A DNA stretch of 64,000 bases from Chiloscyllium plagiosum. Lineage: Eukaryota. Where the stretch lies: the NCBI RefSeq assembly GCF_004010195.1, contig NC_057728.1:48327549-48391548 (forward strand), given 5' to 3'. Positions 12,451 to 25,638 of this stretch are shown here, piece after piece; within the stretch, counting starts at the first letter, position 1, and the number at the start of each line of letters is the position of its first letter. Below the pieces are notes generated by a model. That model made no database searches, was not told the origin of the DNA, and saw nothing but the letters and a program-made list of their open reading frames with translations. The position numbers and the translations under genes are program-made.

Positions 12451-13650
12451 TCCTTATAGTTGAATGTTACCTCCCTTCCCTAAATCTTCAGTCAACAAGT
12501 TGGGCAATAATGCCATGGGAACACTATCTTCTTAAAGTTCACTTCAAAGTCTGTCTCATTTCCAACTTAGATGTACATTGCTATTCCTTTAATACAGCTG
12601 ACCCGACATACAGAATCTCTCACTTTAACATTATTCTCAGGGTATCATCATCATCACTTCAGTAGCTCAAAGGGAGGGGTTGAAAGATGTAGTTTTGTCA
12701 ATGATGCCTAGACCATGAGATTAGATTACCTGCTTTAAAAAAAAATTAACTTCATAACTTCATTGATGTATCTTCACTTTTATATTTGACATATACTTAA
12801 AAAGGATAAAAATTACAAGATGATAGGGAAAGAGGTGATGTGTGGGACTCATTCATCTTCAGACAGCTCTTAACTTGCTGCTATTTGGTTGTGTAACAGC
12901 TTGTTAATTTGTTTGTGCATGTGGATTCCTTTTAGGGAATACACATGTAACTTATCCCAATAACCAAGCATAATTAGGGATACAGCACAAAATGTCAATG
13001 AAAACTGAAGTTTCCCAGTCACAGAAATGTGCACAAATCGCTTCAAGTTGTACAAGCCCTGAAAAAGTTAGGAACTTTAGAACTCCTGTTATGGAGTTTG
13101 AACTGTAAGCACAGAAATTGATGATACTATAGCAAAACATGTCTTTGATGAGCCCAGAGATTTTAAAATGTTTTATTTTTCTCAAACACATCAGCAGCTG
13201 AGGAAAAGGAACCAGTTTCAGTTGGATAGACCTATGAGAAAGATGCTCATATTCCATTGAAGGAATTCATTCAGATTTGAGCAATCATTTCTTGTCCCTC
13301 GATTTGGAATGCTCTGTGTTCTCGTTAATAAATGTATCACAAAAGACAAGGTGGCATTTCTGATTACTTTCTGCTGAATATTGTTTTAAATGTATTTTTC
13401 ACAGTTTCTCAAACCCAGAAAAGTAGCTCTTAAAACCAGTTGGATCAATTCAACATTGTTACATTGCATTATGCGATCTATGTATATCTCTCTCCTTAAA
13501 AGGAAATGGGAAACACACAGATGAATGAATATGATAATATGTCCACATATAATTGGTGTGAATAAAATAAACATTTCTAGCACCACACTTTTTGACTCTG
13601 TTGGCAAGACAGCAAAACTATAAGCGTTTTTTAAAATGAATTCACAAGAT

Positions 13651-13945
13651 GAGGGCATCACTGGCTAGGCCAGCATTTATTACCCATCCCTACTTGTTCA
13701 GGTGCAGTTAAAAGTCAACCACATTACTGTAGGTCAGAATCACATCACTGGAGTCACATGTAGTCCAGACCAGGTAAGGATGGCAGTTTCCTTCCCTAAA
13801 AGGACATTAGTGAACCAGATAGGTTTTCCTGACAATCAACAATGGATTCATGATCATCATTAGACTCTTAATTCTGGATTTTTATTGAATTCAAATTCTA
13901 CCATCTGCTGTGGCAGGATTCGTACCTGGGTCCCCAGAATATTAT
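13651..13945 (-). mobile_element. Second SINE-like family
   Basis: Core ccagaccaggtaaggatggcagtttccttccctaaa recurs near 7695-7850, 25960-26170 (inverted) and 61185-61330. Confidence 0.6.
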
Positions 13946-14668
13946 CTTGATCTCTTCCTCCTCTTCAAAATCAATTGTTCACTTTGCCTCCCAGTCACTC
14001 TGGCAGCAAACATTGGGGTTTTCTTTGCACAACATGCACTGTGTATGCTAATAGTAACATTGGGACACCCATCATCCAAAGAAAGCAAACCTACTTCGAG
14101 GATGATTTGACCAGAAGTCAGAGACAGTCAAAGTCACAAAGTCAGAGAGCTTCCTTGTGACAAACCTACGTAAGAGAATTGGTGCCTCAATTGCAATCAG
14201 TCAGCTAGTTCTGTAGAAATTGGAAGACTACAGAAAGAGAAACAGTATTAAGGGATAGAAGAAGGAACATCAGAAATTTAATACAAAATGCAATGTCAAG
14301 TAGTAAATTAAGTATCTGTGAATCTTTAGTGCACAATTAAGTCTAAAATGATCCAGAATGTTAAATGTGCAATACAAATAGATTTTTTTTATTTTATACA
14401 ACAGAAAATAGGTGCAAACCAGCACTTAAAGTATTGGAAATGAATGATAATAAAAATATAAAATGTGCACCAGATTTTGTCACAATGTAAAAACGATTAT
14501 AATGTCAAAATTACCTTAATCATCTCTTGTACTGGTTTTTTAATCTTTTAATTTTAACATATTACACAATGAAAATTAAGTGTTATCATCCCAGCTGATG
14601 GTACTTCTAGGCAAGATCTATCTTGAATTTATAGGCCTGTTTTCACACCTAGAGTAACTTTGCAATAA

Positions 14669-15365
14669 TGTTATGACATGGCGTAAACCCTCCTGTTTAA
14701 TTTAAACCAGTAACACAGAAAAGACTTATCCCATGCAGTAATCTGTGAAAATTCAAGAGGCCAGGAACTATTTAAAGTAAAAATTAACCACTTTATTCTC
14801 TGTTATACCTTAAGAAATAATTAACTAACAACTATTTACAACTCCTTCCTCTAACCTATCTTTTATCTTCCCTTCTATAATACTAGTCTGATAAAATCCC
14901 CCCGACTAAGATTTACCAAAAATTCAAGTTTTCAAAACCAGCGAGCTGTTGAATCTTCTATTCTGATCTTCCAGTGTCTTATTTTCTTCTTCTTAGGGAT
15001 TATGCTTTGCAGGTCACTGATCGATAAAGGTACCTTTAAGAGAGCTATCTCTGGGCAGTCTGCAGATGTCATTGGCTTGGCATTTCTCCTCCCAACTGTT
15101 CAATTTTCCTGGATTGTGTCATTGGCTTTTAAGATTGTCAATATACTAAGTTCAAACTTGATTGGAGTTTGGTATTTTTCAGGGTATGCTTTAAACTGAT
15201 TGGCCTAATTCGAATCTGGTTTTGTCATTTCCAGGCAACCAGCTAATCTAGCTTTCGACCAAGTGTCACATTGGTACCTTATTCAGAATACTTGGGGCTG
15301 TGTCAGGTAGTTCTGCTAGCTCTCAACACTCTTAAAAGGTAACATACACCCACATCTTCATAACA
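14669..15365 (-). mobile_element. Solo LTR (697 bp) with 4-bp TSD
   Basis: Inverted termini TGTTATGA...TCATAACA flanked by ATAA on both sides (14665-14668, 15366-15369); minus-strand AATAAA near 14791. Confidence 0.85.
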
Positions 15366-16291
15366 ATAATCAATACGGAATCGTTGTAACTCATTGATTT
15401 TGACAACATCATAACAAGTCAGCTCCAGCTAGTATAAATCTGTTCAATATGTCATTGCCCATTGTGAACTTGATTGCATTCCTCCTTTGAGCTAATTTTT
15501 CTGGATTGAGTTTACAAGGCTGTTGCTTGTTTATGTGAAATGTATCCCAGTCATTACCATCATGTATAACCCAAGGCATTTTTCCTAGCCTATTCATAGA
15601 AATTGTCTTATGAGTCCTAAATACCCTTTATAAGTCACTTCAACAGATTTCTGAAAAATAAAATATTACACTATTAAACCAGTTAAGTACTTATATTTAA
15701 ACCAATCACATTACTGGAGGATTAATTTGTGAATTTTCAATTTCTGATTCATTCTCCCATTGTTCTGATTTTCATTTCTCTCTCTCTCTCTTTCTTTCAC
15801 AACCACTAAAACTTCTTTACTATCTTCCCTCTCATAATGCCTCTAAAACATATTAAGATGACACACACACACACCAATTTTTTGCTCCTGGCAGGAGTAC
15901 TCACAACAGAATCTGCATCATTAAGTTTCTTTTGGATTTGATAAGGTCTAATGAACTTTGCCTTTAATAGTTCCCCATATCTCCTCCACAAAATTTGAAC
16001 ACTGGCCATATCATCCATTCCATTTTTTCCCAATGTATGTGTCTGGCACTCTTCAAATGCTTTTTGGCCAACTTAAATGCTTTGGATTGTTTCCCTCAAA
16101 CTCAAAACATTGGCTTGAAGTGTAGTCTCCGAGCCTTAATTTCTAAATTTCTCTGTAATCAAATCAATCTATATGGTTTTCCCAACTCATGTCCTTATAT
16201 CATTATAAAAGGATTGAATACTGTGGACTGCTAGGAGCATTCAAATGGCAAACTGTAACAAAAATAAATTCTCTAACCTAATTGCAGTTAT

Positions 16292-16510
16292 TGTCATAAG
16301 GTCAGCCAGGTGGACCTCAGAATGAGTACCCTGACTGCAGCTGTTAATCTGGTCCAATCACAGAGCCCTTGCTGACCGACGTAAAAAGGATGTCAGAGGT
16401 TCTGTTCAATGAAAGCTGTCTTGAAGGAAGCCAGATTAGTGTCAAGTATTGTGCACATGTAAATAAAGAGTGGTTTAGTGATGGGATACCAGTGTCTGTG
16501 GAATTATTTC
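16292..16510 (+). mobile_element. Short solo LTR (about 220 bp) nested in the integrase remnant
   Basis: Starts TGTCATAAG, contains CCAAT and AATAAA, interrupts the integrase reading. Confidence 0.6.
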
Positions 16511-17124
16511 CCAAATCTTTCAGATATTCCTGACAATGAACTCTGTTCATTAGATTAGATCTTCATGTTCTTTAAAGTTTGACACCAGTTTCCAACATTC
16601 CTTGAGATCATGGATAATAATCAGAAAATGTAAATTGCTTTATTTCCAACCTGGTGTTTCCATGCTGAATGATTCTATGACTCCATTCCCGATTTGAATA
16701 TTTGTGACAAGATTTGAACCTTGATCCAGTTTTATTTCTTTGGGTCAGCCATATCTTGTAAATATTGCACTAACTTTTACACAATCATTTTTGCGGTATT
16801 TATTTTCCCCACAGGCACTGCTTCAGGAAATCTTGTTGGCTTATCCATAAACATAGAACAGTACAGCACAGAACAGGCCCTTCAGCCCACGATGAAACAT
16901 GATCAGTCACTTTCCATTCTTAGTTTAGTGTCCCTACCTAAAACTATCTATTAAGACCTACCTAAAGGGTTCTTTTAAAACTGGTATTGGGATTAAAGGC
17001 GCAGGATTAATTGATAGTTTGGATTCCTCCACTATCTGACTGGTATTGCAACTCTGAACATATTTTTTACATAATCCTGACCAATAAAAATGTTTTAATA
17101 ATTTAGACTGTGGTTTTCCTAATA

Positions 17125-17283
17125 CAGAGGAACCGCAATTATCTGAATGACACAGGCAGGGAGTATCGTATCCAAACGTTCAAATGCCAGATAACCCAAT
17201 TTAGCCAAGCCTCAGGACCTTGTGATCTTGCCGGATAATCCAAAATTCAGATAATTGAATGCCGGATAATAGAGGTTCCTCTG
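17125..17283. mobile_element. pogo/Tigger-type MITE (159 bp)
   Basis: TIRs CAGAGGAACC..ATTATC and GATAAT..GGTTCCTCTG, flanked by TA on both sides. Confidence 0.85.
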
Positions 17284-17874
17284 TAATCAAGTGACCTGCC
17301 AATGCTTTCAGTTCAAGATCCACTCATTTCATTTTTTATGAAAGGAAATCAGCTAAATATGTTAGCCCCATTCTCTTTATATTTAATCTAACTTGAATTT
17401 TTGAAAATTGCATCCAATAGTTGAGCTTTCAAGTTTTTTTTTCCAATAGATTCCCATTCTTGTTGTCTAATTCCATAAGTCTGAGTTCTAGTCACAACAC
17501 AGTCATAAAACAGGCCAGAATTGTCTCCCTTACAATTAGTTTATTGTATTTTTGTTGACTGTTCCACTCGGGACCCAGGTGAAGGTTACATCAAGGGCCA
17601 ATGACCAAGGCCTGGGGTTCTATTGGACCCAGTGTATTTGGGTTGGGGATGGCTGCAATGCTTGGATTGGGAGCCACAGGCGTAGGCCAAGAACAGCACT
17701 AGGGCCCGTAATTTCAGTTCCTGCCCCTGGTCCTCTTAGCCTCTGTGATGTCAATATTTGTGAACTAGCCATGTCATTTCCCATGATGCAATACATTCCT
17801 TTTAATGGGATTTGTTTCAATACTGCAGTTTTCTAAACCCAGCTGTCTACAATGAGATTGGTTTGTCTTGATGT

Positions 17875-18075
17875 GGAGATGCCAGTGTTGGACAGGGATG
17901 GACAATGTCTGAAGTCTCACAACACCAGGTTATAGTCCAACTGTTTTATTTAAAATCACAAGCTTTTGGAGCACTGCTCCTAGGTGAAGTGCTTCACCTG
18001 AGGAAGGAACAACACTTTGAAAGCTTGTGTTTTTAAATAAACTTGAAGTATAACTTGGTGCTGTGAGACTTCTGA
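17875..18075. mobile_element. Palindromic Penelope-like mini element (family 2)
   Basis: Inverted arms around cacctgaggaaggaacaacactttgaaagcttgtg. Confidence 0.7.
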
Positions 18076-18694
18076 ATAGTTTGTCCTATAGTTGTACCTG
18101 TCAAAACACACTATAACATTAAAAAGGTGCAAACATCTTTAGGCCATTTTGACTGCATAGCTACCTTTTAAAATAAAGGTGACTTCATTGTCATAAATTT
18201 AGCCACTAAATATAGATTTTTAATCAAAATAAATCCCTCAATGGAATCAGAAGATTATCCCATCATCTATTGCCTCTTATTTCTCTTTCTTTATCTGGCC
18301 AAGTCATACTGTCTGATTTTCAAATTTCTTCAGAATTTAAGCTTTTTAAGTTCAATCTCCTGAGCCACCATCTGCTTCAATTTCTTCTCTTTTCAATTTA
18401 ACCTTCATTCACAATTTTGTTTTTCTTTCTTTATCCTCCCTTTCCAAGAGTCTTTTTTCAGGTTTCCTTCTTTCAAATTCCAAATGTCCGCTCATTGGAA
18501 AATTTAAAATAATTTATTGTTATAAATTCTACTCCCAGAAAACTCTTAGCAACATTTAAATCCATTTTGATGGTCCAGTCCTTGCAATAACAGTCCTATA
18601 TTATGTTCAGAACATCCATGTATCTGCTTCTTTAGAGGAGACACAGATCCCCTGTAAATTTAATTAATTCAAATCCTGCCCTACCGCCTCCACT

Positions 18695-19489
18695 TGTTAC
18701 AATCCCAGGTGGACAAACCAGAACCTAAATAAAACCTGATGGATGACATTTGTTTTGTTTATTTAGTTAGCACGAGGGTTAGTCACGGAGACATAGTCAT
18801 ATGAAGCTGCAAATTTTCTTTATCAACAGACATTTATTACTCACAAATAAAAAAAAAACAAAAACTTAATCTACTTAAACATTTAATACAGTTATAATGA
18901 TCTTAAACACACACAAAACAAAGTCTCAAATCCTTTCCTTACACTATCCATGAAACAAACTCAAGATCAGAGAAAGTACTTTCCTAGTTAACTCTTTAGG
19001 GCTCTACTTCACTGGCTCCTCGCAGTTTCTTGGCTATGGGCTGTGGAAGGAACTCAATGAGTCATTTGAAGTTTTCGGATATGAACTTGTTGAAAATCTA
19101 ACGTCTATACTTTCTCAGTTCTAACAACCTGCAAATATCTAACCAAAAACTTTCCTCGTTTGGAAGTTTCATAAACTAAATGCCTCTGCTTAATCTCATT
19201 AAAAGATTTAAAATAATCCACTTAAGTATTCTACTCCCAAAAAACTCTTAGCAACATTCAAATCCATTTTGATGGTCTAGTCATTGCAATAACATCCAAG
19301 AGCAACCTATTCGCTGAACTGCCCTGAACTCCTTCTTGGAAAGAAATTAAACTTACTTTTTGCACTCAACTCTAGTGTCTTCTAAACTGAATTAAAGACT
19401 TGTTCAATCCTAGATTCTTCTAAATGGGAAGCAAAGCTAACGGCTTTACGTCTTTACTCAACCATCATATACATATCAGGGGTCTGACA
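18695..19489 (-). mobile_element. Probable 5' LTR of the Gypsy remnant
   Basis: Minus strand ends ...GATTGTAACA, followed 2 nt later by TGGAGGCGG (PBS-like); far boundary (TCTGACA at 19489) is tentative. Confidence 0.5.
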
Positions 19490-19786
19490 TCACCTGCTGT
19501 TTTCTGACAAATGCTGGATTTAATCTGGCATGACTCGCTGACTTTGTTCTTTTTTTAAAAAACCCTCAGACATAACCAACAGCCACCTGCTTCTAATTTT
19601 CAATATCACTTTTAGAAATTGGATTTATGTGCAAATTGTACATTAGCATGAATTCACATGCTAATGCTTAAATAAATTTGTACAGAAAGTAAACTTTTAA
19701 CAGTAAAAGTTAAACTTCAAATTTTAGTATAAAATACTTCAAACTTGCAGAAAGCGAGCTAGTTAACAAAACTTGAGGAATTCCTA

Positions 19787-20690
19787 CAGATGACACCAAA
19801 ATTGGAGGTGCAGTGGACAGCGAAGAAGGTTACCTCAGATTACAACAGGATCTTGATCAGATGGGCCAATGGGCTGAGAAGTGGCAGATGGGGTTTAATT
19901 TAGATAAATGCAAGGTGCTGCATTTTGGGAAAGCAAATCTTAGCAGAACTTATACACTTATTGATAAGGTTCTAGGGAGTGTTGCTGAAAGTAAGAGACC
20001 TTGGAGTGCAGGTACATAACTCCTTGAAAGAGGAGTCACAAGTAGATAGGATAGTGAAGAAAGCTTTTGGTATGCTTTCCTTAATTAGTCAGAGTATTGA
20101 GTACAGGAGTTGGGAGGTTATGTTGCAGAATTATAGGACATTGGTTAGGCCACTTTTGGAATATTGCATGTAATTCTGGTCTCCTTCCAATTGGAAGGAA
20201 GTTGTGAAACTTAAAAGGGTTGATAAAAGATTTACAAGGATGTTGCCATGGTTGGAAGATTGGAGTTGGAGGAGGTTGAATAGGCTGGGGCGGTTTTCCC
20301 TGGAGCATCAAAGGCTGAGGGGTGACCTTATAGTGATTTATAAAATCATGAGGGGCATGGATAGGATAAATAGACAAAGTCTCTTCCCTGGGGTGAGGAG
20401 TCCAGAACTAAAGGACATATGTCTGTTATATTTTTTCCCCTCTCACTAAACCTAAGGGGCAACTTTTTCCACACAGAGGGTGATGCATGCATGGAATGAG
20501 CTGCCAGAGGAAGTGGTGGAGGCTGGTACAATTGTAGCATATAAAAGGCATCTGGATGGGTATACAAATAAGGAGGGTTTGGTGGGATATGGGCCGGGTG
20601 CTGGCAGGTGAGACGAGATTGGGTTGGGATAGCTGGTCGGCATGGACGAGTCGGACTTAAGGGTCTGTTTCTGTGCTGTACATCTCTAAT
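19787..20690 (+). mobile_element. CR1 LINE 3' fragment
   Basis: DDTKIGG...LQQDLDQMGQWAEKWQMGFNLDKCKVLHFG...; frameshifted RT. Confidence 0.9.
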
Positions 20691-21659
20691 GACTAATTTC
20701 TTCCATCCTTCCAAAAAGGTATTTTTCAGTTGTTTTCCCTTCTTAGTAATTTACTTGCTCTTATCTTGTAAGCTTAAGAGTTTTAAACACAGGACTTTTT
20801 CCTGAGAGAACATTACTACTTTGAACATGTTAAAATAGTGGAGACAAGATATTGAATTCCACTTCCTTCATTTTGTAACACAAATCAAAACCCAAATGAT
20901 TTGATTTCTTAAAAATAAGAAATAATAATGATCCAAAAGTTAGCATTGGCATTTAGTTTGCATTCACGACAGTTGAGTTTTCAGTGAGCCCTGATTAGCC
21001 CCAGTAATGAATCAAATAGGAACTAAGGTTTCTATAGTAAGAACTACTGACTCTACAACATGACATTATAATAAACCTGGCCAGATGTTTCAAATGAGTT
21101 ATTTTTCCCTTGCTTATGTAAATCCATGTTACTATTTCACCCCAAAGGCTTGTCAGAGGTTTTCAAGTAGCAATTATCATATTTTATGTAAAACATAATC
21201 AGAGTTCAACTTCATTGCACCTGTATGTTCATCAAAACACAAACATCAACTGAATCCTCAATTTAGGCACTTCTTGTTCCAAAAGTGGAGCTAAGATAAT
21301 TGATAAAAGAACTAAATGCTGTAGGAGGCAAAAGTGTATTCAGGAAGTAATGATGATCTGAACTCACTGTCTGAATGAATGTTGGAAACAGGTTCAATAA
21401 TAACTTTCTAAAGCGAATTAGATAAACATATGAGGTGCAAACACTTACTTTGAAAAAGATTAGGGGAGTAGGATTCATTGGTTATCACTTTCAAAAACGC
21501 AGCACAGTCACAACCGGTCAAAACGCTTCCTTTTGAACTGCATCAATTTGAGGTATATCCACACCTCCTGGTGTTTTGAGCAATGTGGGAAAAATAAAGG
21601 AAGTTCTTACATTACTCCCTAAAAGGTGACCAGACAAAATATCAGTATTTGCAGAAGAC

Positions 21660-21665
21660 TTTATT
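21660..21665 (-). terminator. Candidate KCNMB4 polyadenylation signal AATAAA
   Basis: tttatt on + strand about 445 nt past the stop codon. Confidence 0.45.
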
Positions 21666-22110
21666 TTTAAAACCATTCATTAACAATTTCATCTTTACAT
21701 CATTACAAAGTACAGATCTTTGAAAAATAGTTAACAACAAGGGTTCTGGGCATTTTCTTCTAACTAAGATTAACAAAAATGTTGGGCTGCAGTTAACTCG
21801 CAAAATATTCCAGAAACGAGGATAACTGAATTGAAAATGAATCAAAGGAAACAGCTAAGGTACATTACATCGGTTGCATTTTTTCTCTCAGTAATGAAGT
21901 GATAGAATCTTCATGCCAAATTTCAAGCATTTATATTCAATCATCAAGCCTTCAGTCCTCCCAGCAGCTTAAATCATTCAAAACTTTGTAAGTCTACACT
22001 TGCATAAAATGATTTCAGGCCTTTGTCATCAAGGATTTGCCTTTGAATATACTGTTGATTATTTGCCTGTAAGAATGCTGCCTGATTGCCACTTCTGATC
22101 AGTCTTCTCA

Positions 22111-22279
22111 CTAGGAGTACTTCATTTTCTGCAGTGCTTCTGCTCGAACAGCAAGACTCTTACCACAAATTGTCAAAAGCACAATCAGGACACCCACCAG
22201 GAGAGTAAGGAGAGGCCAGAGTACACAGTGCAAAAGAACATTTTCATCATGGGCACGCTTCAAAAGCGCATCATCAGGT
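22111..22279 (-). CDS. KCNMB4: KCNMB4 coding exon 3 (169 nt incl. stop; TM2 and C-tail)
   Basis: ttcttttttag|A CCT GAT GAT; (R)[55 protein letters not shown]; phase fits exon 2; total 210 aa. Confidence 0.96.
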
Positions 22280-24049
22280 CTAAAAAAGAACCCAAAACAC
22301 AATCTTAGTGAGCAGTACACTTGAAAAATAAACAGCATACAAATATATATTTCAACAATTTAACCAAGGAAGCAAACTACTTATTCAAATATGCATGGCA
22401 AAACCACCCTTTTCTCATTACAAAGAGTTATGTTGGACTTGAAACATTAACTCTGTTTCTCTCTCCATAGATACTTCCAGACATGCTGAGTATCTCCAGC
22501 ACTCTGTCTCTGAATCACTTTTATCAACGTCTAACCAAACACCTTTTTTTCATATTTGAAGTAATTTGCTGATGTTATCTCATCCACTGGTCAGGGTTGC
22601 AGTTACTGCAGGTTTCCCGAGATCACTTTCACAATGTCAACTTATAAAACTTTAAGTTTATAAAGTCTTTAAATAATGAAATGCCCAGAGGCATTTTATA
22701 AAACAAAGTATGACACTGAGCCACATATCAGGTCAGATGACTGAAAGCTCTGTAACATATTCAGTGAGCGGTTCATGGCAATGGAGATGGGACTGCCTTC
22801 AGCATGCACTCGTCCTCCTGCTAAGACCCACATTCCTTCCAGGAGAACATGTGCCACACGGTGGCATGGCACCCTTCTGGCCTTACCCACCAATCCCCTT
22901 CCTCCACAAACCACTGCGACATTACTGCAACTGGAATTTATCTTATTCATCATCTGGGATACTCCGAATTCATTCAAATTCTGATACCGAACTTAAGTTT
23001 AAAGTGATTCACAAATGAAAGGAACCAAATGCTGGTGGTGAAATTTCTTAGAATCATTAAGCATGTGCATCTGATCCCTTTACCAACATGGCATCCAGGA
23101 CATTTTACATTAAAGTGTTTGCATATGTCCCAAGTTCCATTTCAGAACTGAGGGGGGCCTTGGAATGCAGCACCTTCTCAAAGCCAGCTACCAATAGACA
23201 ATAAATACTAGCCAGCCAGCAACACATGTCCCACAAATGAATAAAAATAATTTTTGGGGGGTTAATTATGTTATCTAATTAAATCAGTACTTATGTGATA
23301 TCTTTTCATAAGCACGAGCAGATTAGTAAACATAATGGACAGAGGTTATAAAATATTTCAGGAAGGAAATCTAGAAAATCAGTTAATTATAAAGCTACAT
23401 GGGTACCTGTGCCTTTCTCACTTGGGTTAATGTCACATTTCAAACCTACCTATTTGGCCAAGCTTCTGGTCATCTGTACTATGGGCGACTGGGTCTCAAA
23501 TTTTGTTGGTGAACATTCTTCTGCAGTGCCTTGAAATATTTTACCATGTTTGAAGTGTGACATTTACGTTTTTGTAGGATAGATTTCCACTTTAACCACA
23601 TGGGCATTAAAGTATCATCTGGGAGAAACTCAGACAGGAGAAATCTGGCAGGGGTAGATCACACAATTTCTACAAAGCTAACAGATTTTTCTTACATTCC
23701 TTTCAATTCCAAAACTGGGTGGGTTCACTGAATGGCATGCAAACCTTGATACAAGGCCTTCCTCTGTGCATCATCTACATAGTACTTAAAACTCTTAAAA
23801 GCAATTTAAGGGCACTCCTGATGTCGGCATAACAATTCTGTAACATCTCTAATATGCTTTGAAACTTGAAACTCTAGCTGTGAAGACAAACATCTAGATC
23901 ATTTGCATCTTCATATCAAATGCACAAGTCACAGTCAACTGATGTGCTGTAGGGAAATTTTTAATGCTGTATATTTAATAAAACACTAAATACAAAGGTA
24001 TGTAAAAATAATTCCTGTGGTTGTGCGCAGGGTATTTTCTCAGTCTTAC

Positions 24050-24177
24050 CTTCGTTGTTGATTTATATAGCACATAAAAGTCTGAGAGCCTATTTCTTCC
24101 TTCCAATAATCATGCCAACTCATAACATTCTCTGAGTTTTTCTGATTGTCTCTTTCACAAGGAGGAATATAGGAACA
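24050..24177 (-). CDS. KCNMB4: KCNMB4 coding exon 2 (128 nt)
   Basis: cag|TGTTCCTAT... reads [42 protein letters not shown]+AG|gtaaga; absent from the ORF track, found by reading the minus strand. Confidence 0.96.
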
Positions 24178-24512
24178 CTGTATAAAATGAGAACTGTGTT
24201 ATGACAAAGCATTGACTAAGAATCTCATGAAATGTACAAGCTTGAAAAGAAAACATGTTAACAAGAAGCAGCACGTTCTATTAGTTTACTACAGTGTCCT
24301 TTGTTGGCCATACTCCAACATCAAAATGTAATCTTGTCACTCAAATGTTATCTCCTGCAAATTTACCAGTCCACCTCATGTGGATGATGCAACCTTTTAA
24401 CTGAGGGAAATATTGGATACAAAAAAAAAATGTAGTTAACATCTGTAAAGTCAATAAATGTCCACGTCGGCATTCTCCATCAGAACTCTGTCAATTAGAA
24501 AAAAGGAGACAC

Positions 24513-24808
24513 GACACGGTGGCACAGTGGTTAGCACTGCTGCCTCACAGCGCCAGAGACCCGGGTTCAATTCCTGCCTCAGGCGACTGACAGTGTGGAG
24601 TTTCCACATTCTCCCAGTGTCTGCGTGGGGGTGCTCCGGTTTCCTCCCACAGTCGAAAGATCTGCAGGTCAGGTGAATTGACCATGCTAAATTGCCCGTA
24701 GTGTTAGGTGTAGGGGTAAATATAGGGGTATGCGTGGGTTGCGCTTCGGCGGGTCGGTGTGGAATTGTTAGGCCGAATGGCCTATTTCCACACTGTAATG
24801 TAATCTAA
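24513..24808 (+). mobile_element. HE1-type SINE in KCNMB4 intron 1
   Basis: A/B boxes and taatctaat tail. Confidence 0.85.
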
Positions 24809-25384
24809 TAAAAGTAACAGCAAGAAGGAGCGAGCGAGAGAGAGCGCGAGAGTGAGATCTCTTTTTGATTTCCAATTTAGTTGAAAAGGTGCACATCTAA
24901 AACATGACATGATGTTCTTCTTCAGAGAGATGCTTGTTGACTGTGGAATTTGGTAGTCACCAAAATTATCTGCACACTGAAGGCATAGAAACATCAAAGG
25001 TTGGTTCCAAAATATTCATCGTCAGGCAAATATTTAGATCCATCTTAATTAATTCCTCCAGAAAACTCTTAGGAGCTGTATTGACAGCATTGAATTGTTT
25101 TAGGTATTTTTACCTTCATTGCGTTACCTGGAAGTTCATCCCACATGTTGAACAATCTTTAGTAATATTAGTCCTTGTATTTTCTCTGAACAGTTTGGAC
25201 ACCCCCTTGTCTTACTTTTAAAAGTTACTTCAAAGTAATGTTTTAGATTTACAACTTCTATTACCTAAAATAAATTTGTTCGATCACTTCAGATTTTATT
25301 TCAACTCCAAACATCAAAGTTTAAATTTTCTCCAGCTTTTTTGCTTTTTAAGTTCCTTGGCCCCAGCAATTACTTTGTACTTGG

Positions 25385-25638
25385 AGACAGCACGAAAACA
25401 GATCCTTCGGTCTAACTTGTCCATGCCGACCAGATATCCCAATGCAATCTAGGCCCAATTACCAGCACCCGGCCCATATCCCTCCAAACCCTTCCTATTC
25501 AGATATCCATCCAGATGCCTTTTAAATGTTGCAATTGTACCAGCCTCCACCATTTCCTCTGGCAGCTCATTCCATACATGCACCACCCTCTGTGAAAAAG
25601 TTGGCCCTTAGGTCTCTTATATCTTTCCCCTCTCACCC
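25385..25638 (-). mobile_element. CR1 LINE 3' tail fragment
   Basis: Reverse-complement similarity to 20450-20690. Confidence 0.85.

Larger units (their letters stand above)
15370..18694 (-). mobile_element. Decayed Gypsy (Gmr1-type) internal region: possible gag, integrase, RT N-terminus
   Basis: HFYWSGL (17072-17092), PAPLIPIP (16982-17005), TRFPEA (16819-16836), DQGSN (16712-16726), GPY/F-like KAKFIRPYQIQKKL (about 15920-15975), then RT-start-like IHD...KQQPCKLNPEKL (15409-15597). Confidence 0.75.

Noticed and set aside
12720..13640. Unique AT-rich block as a possible PTPRB 3' end expected from synteny
   Set aside because: No recognisable PTPRB coding exon was found; it cannot be assigned from sequence alone.
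19641..19666. Perfect 10-bp hairpin cattagcatg/catgctaatg
   Set aside because: Too short to interpret; no supporting context.
24900..25260. Possible second Gypsy RT-start fragment
   Set aside because: Too decayed to read diagnostic motifs.
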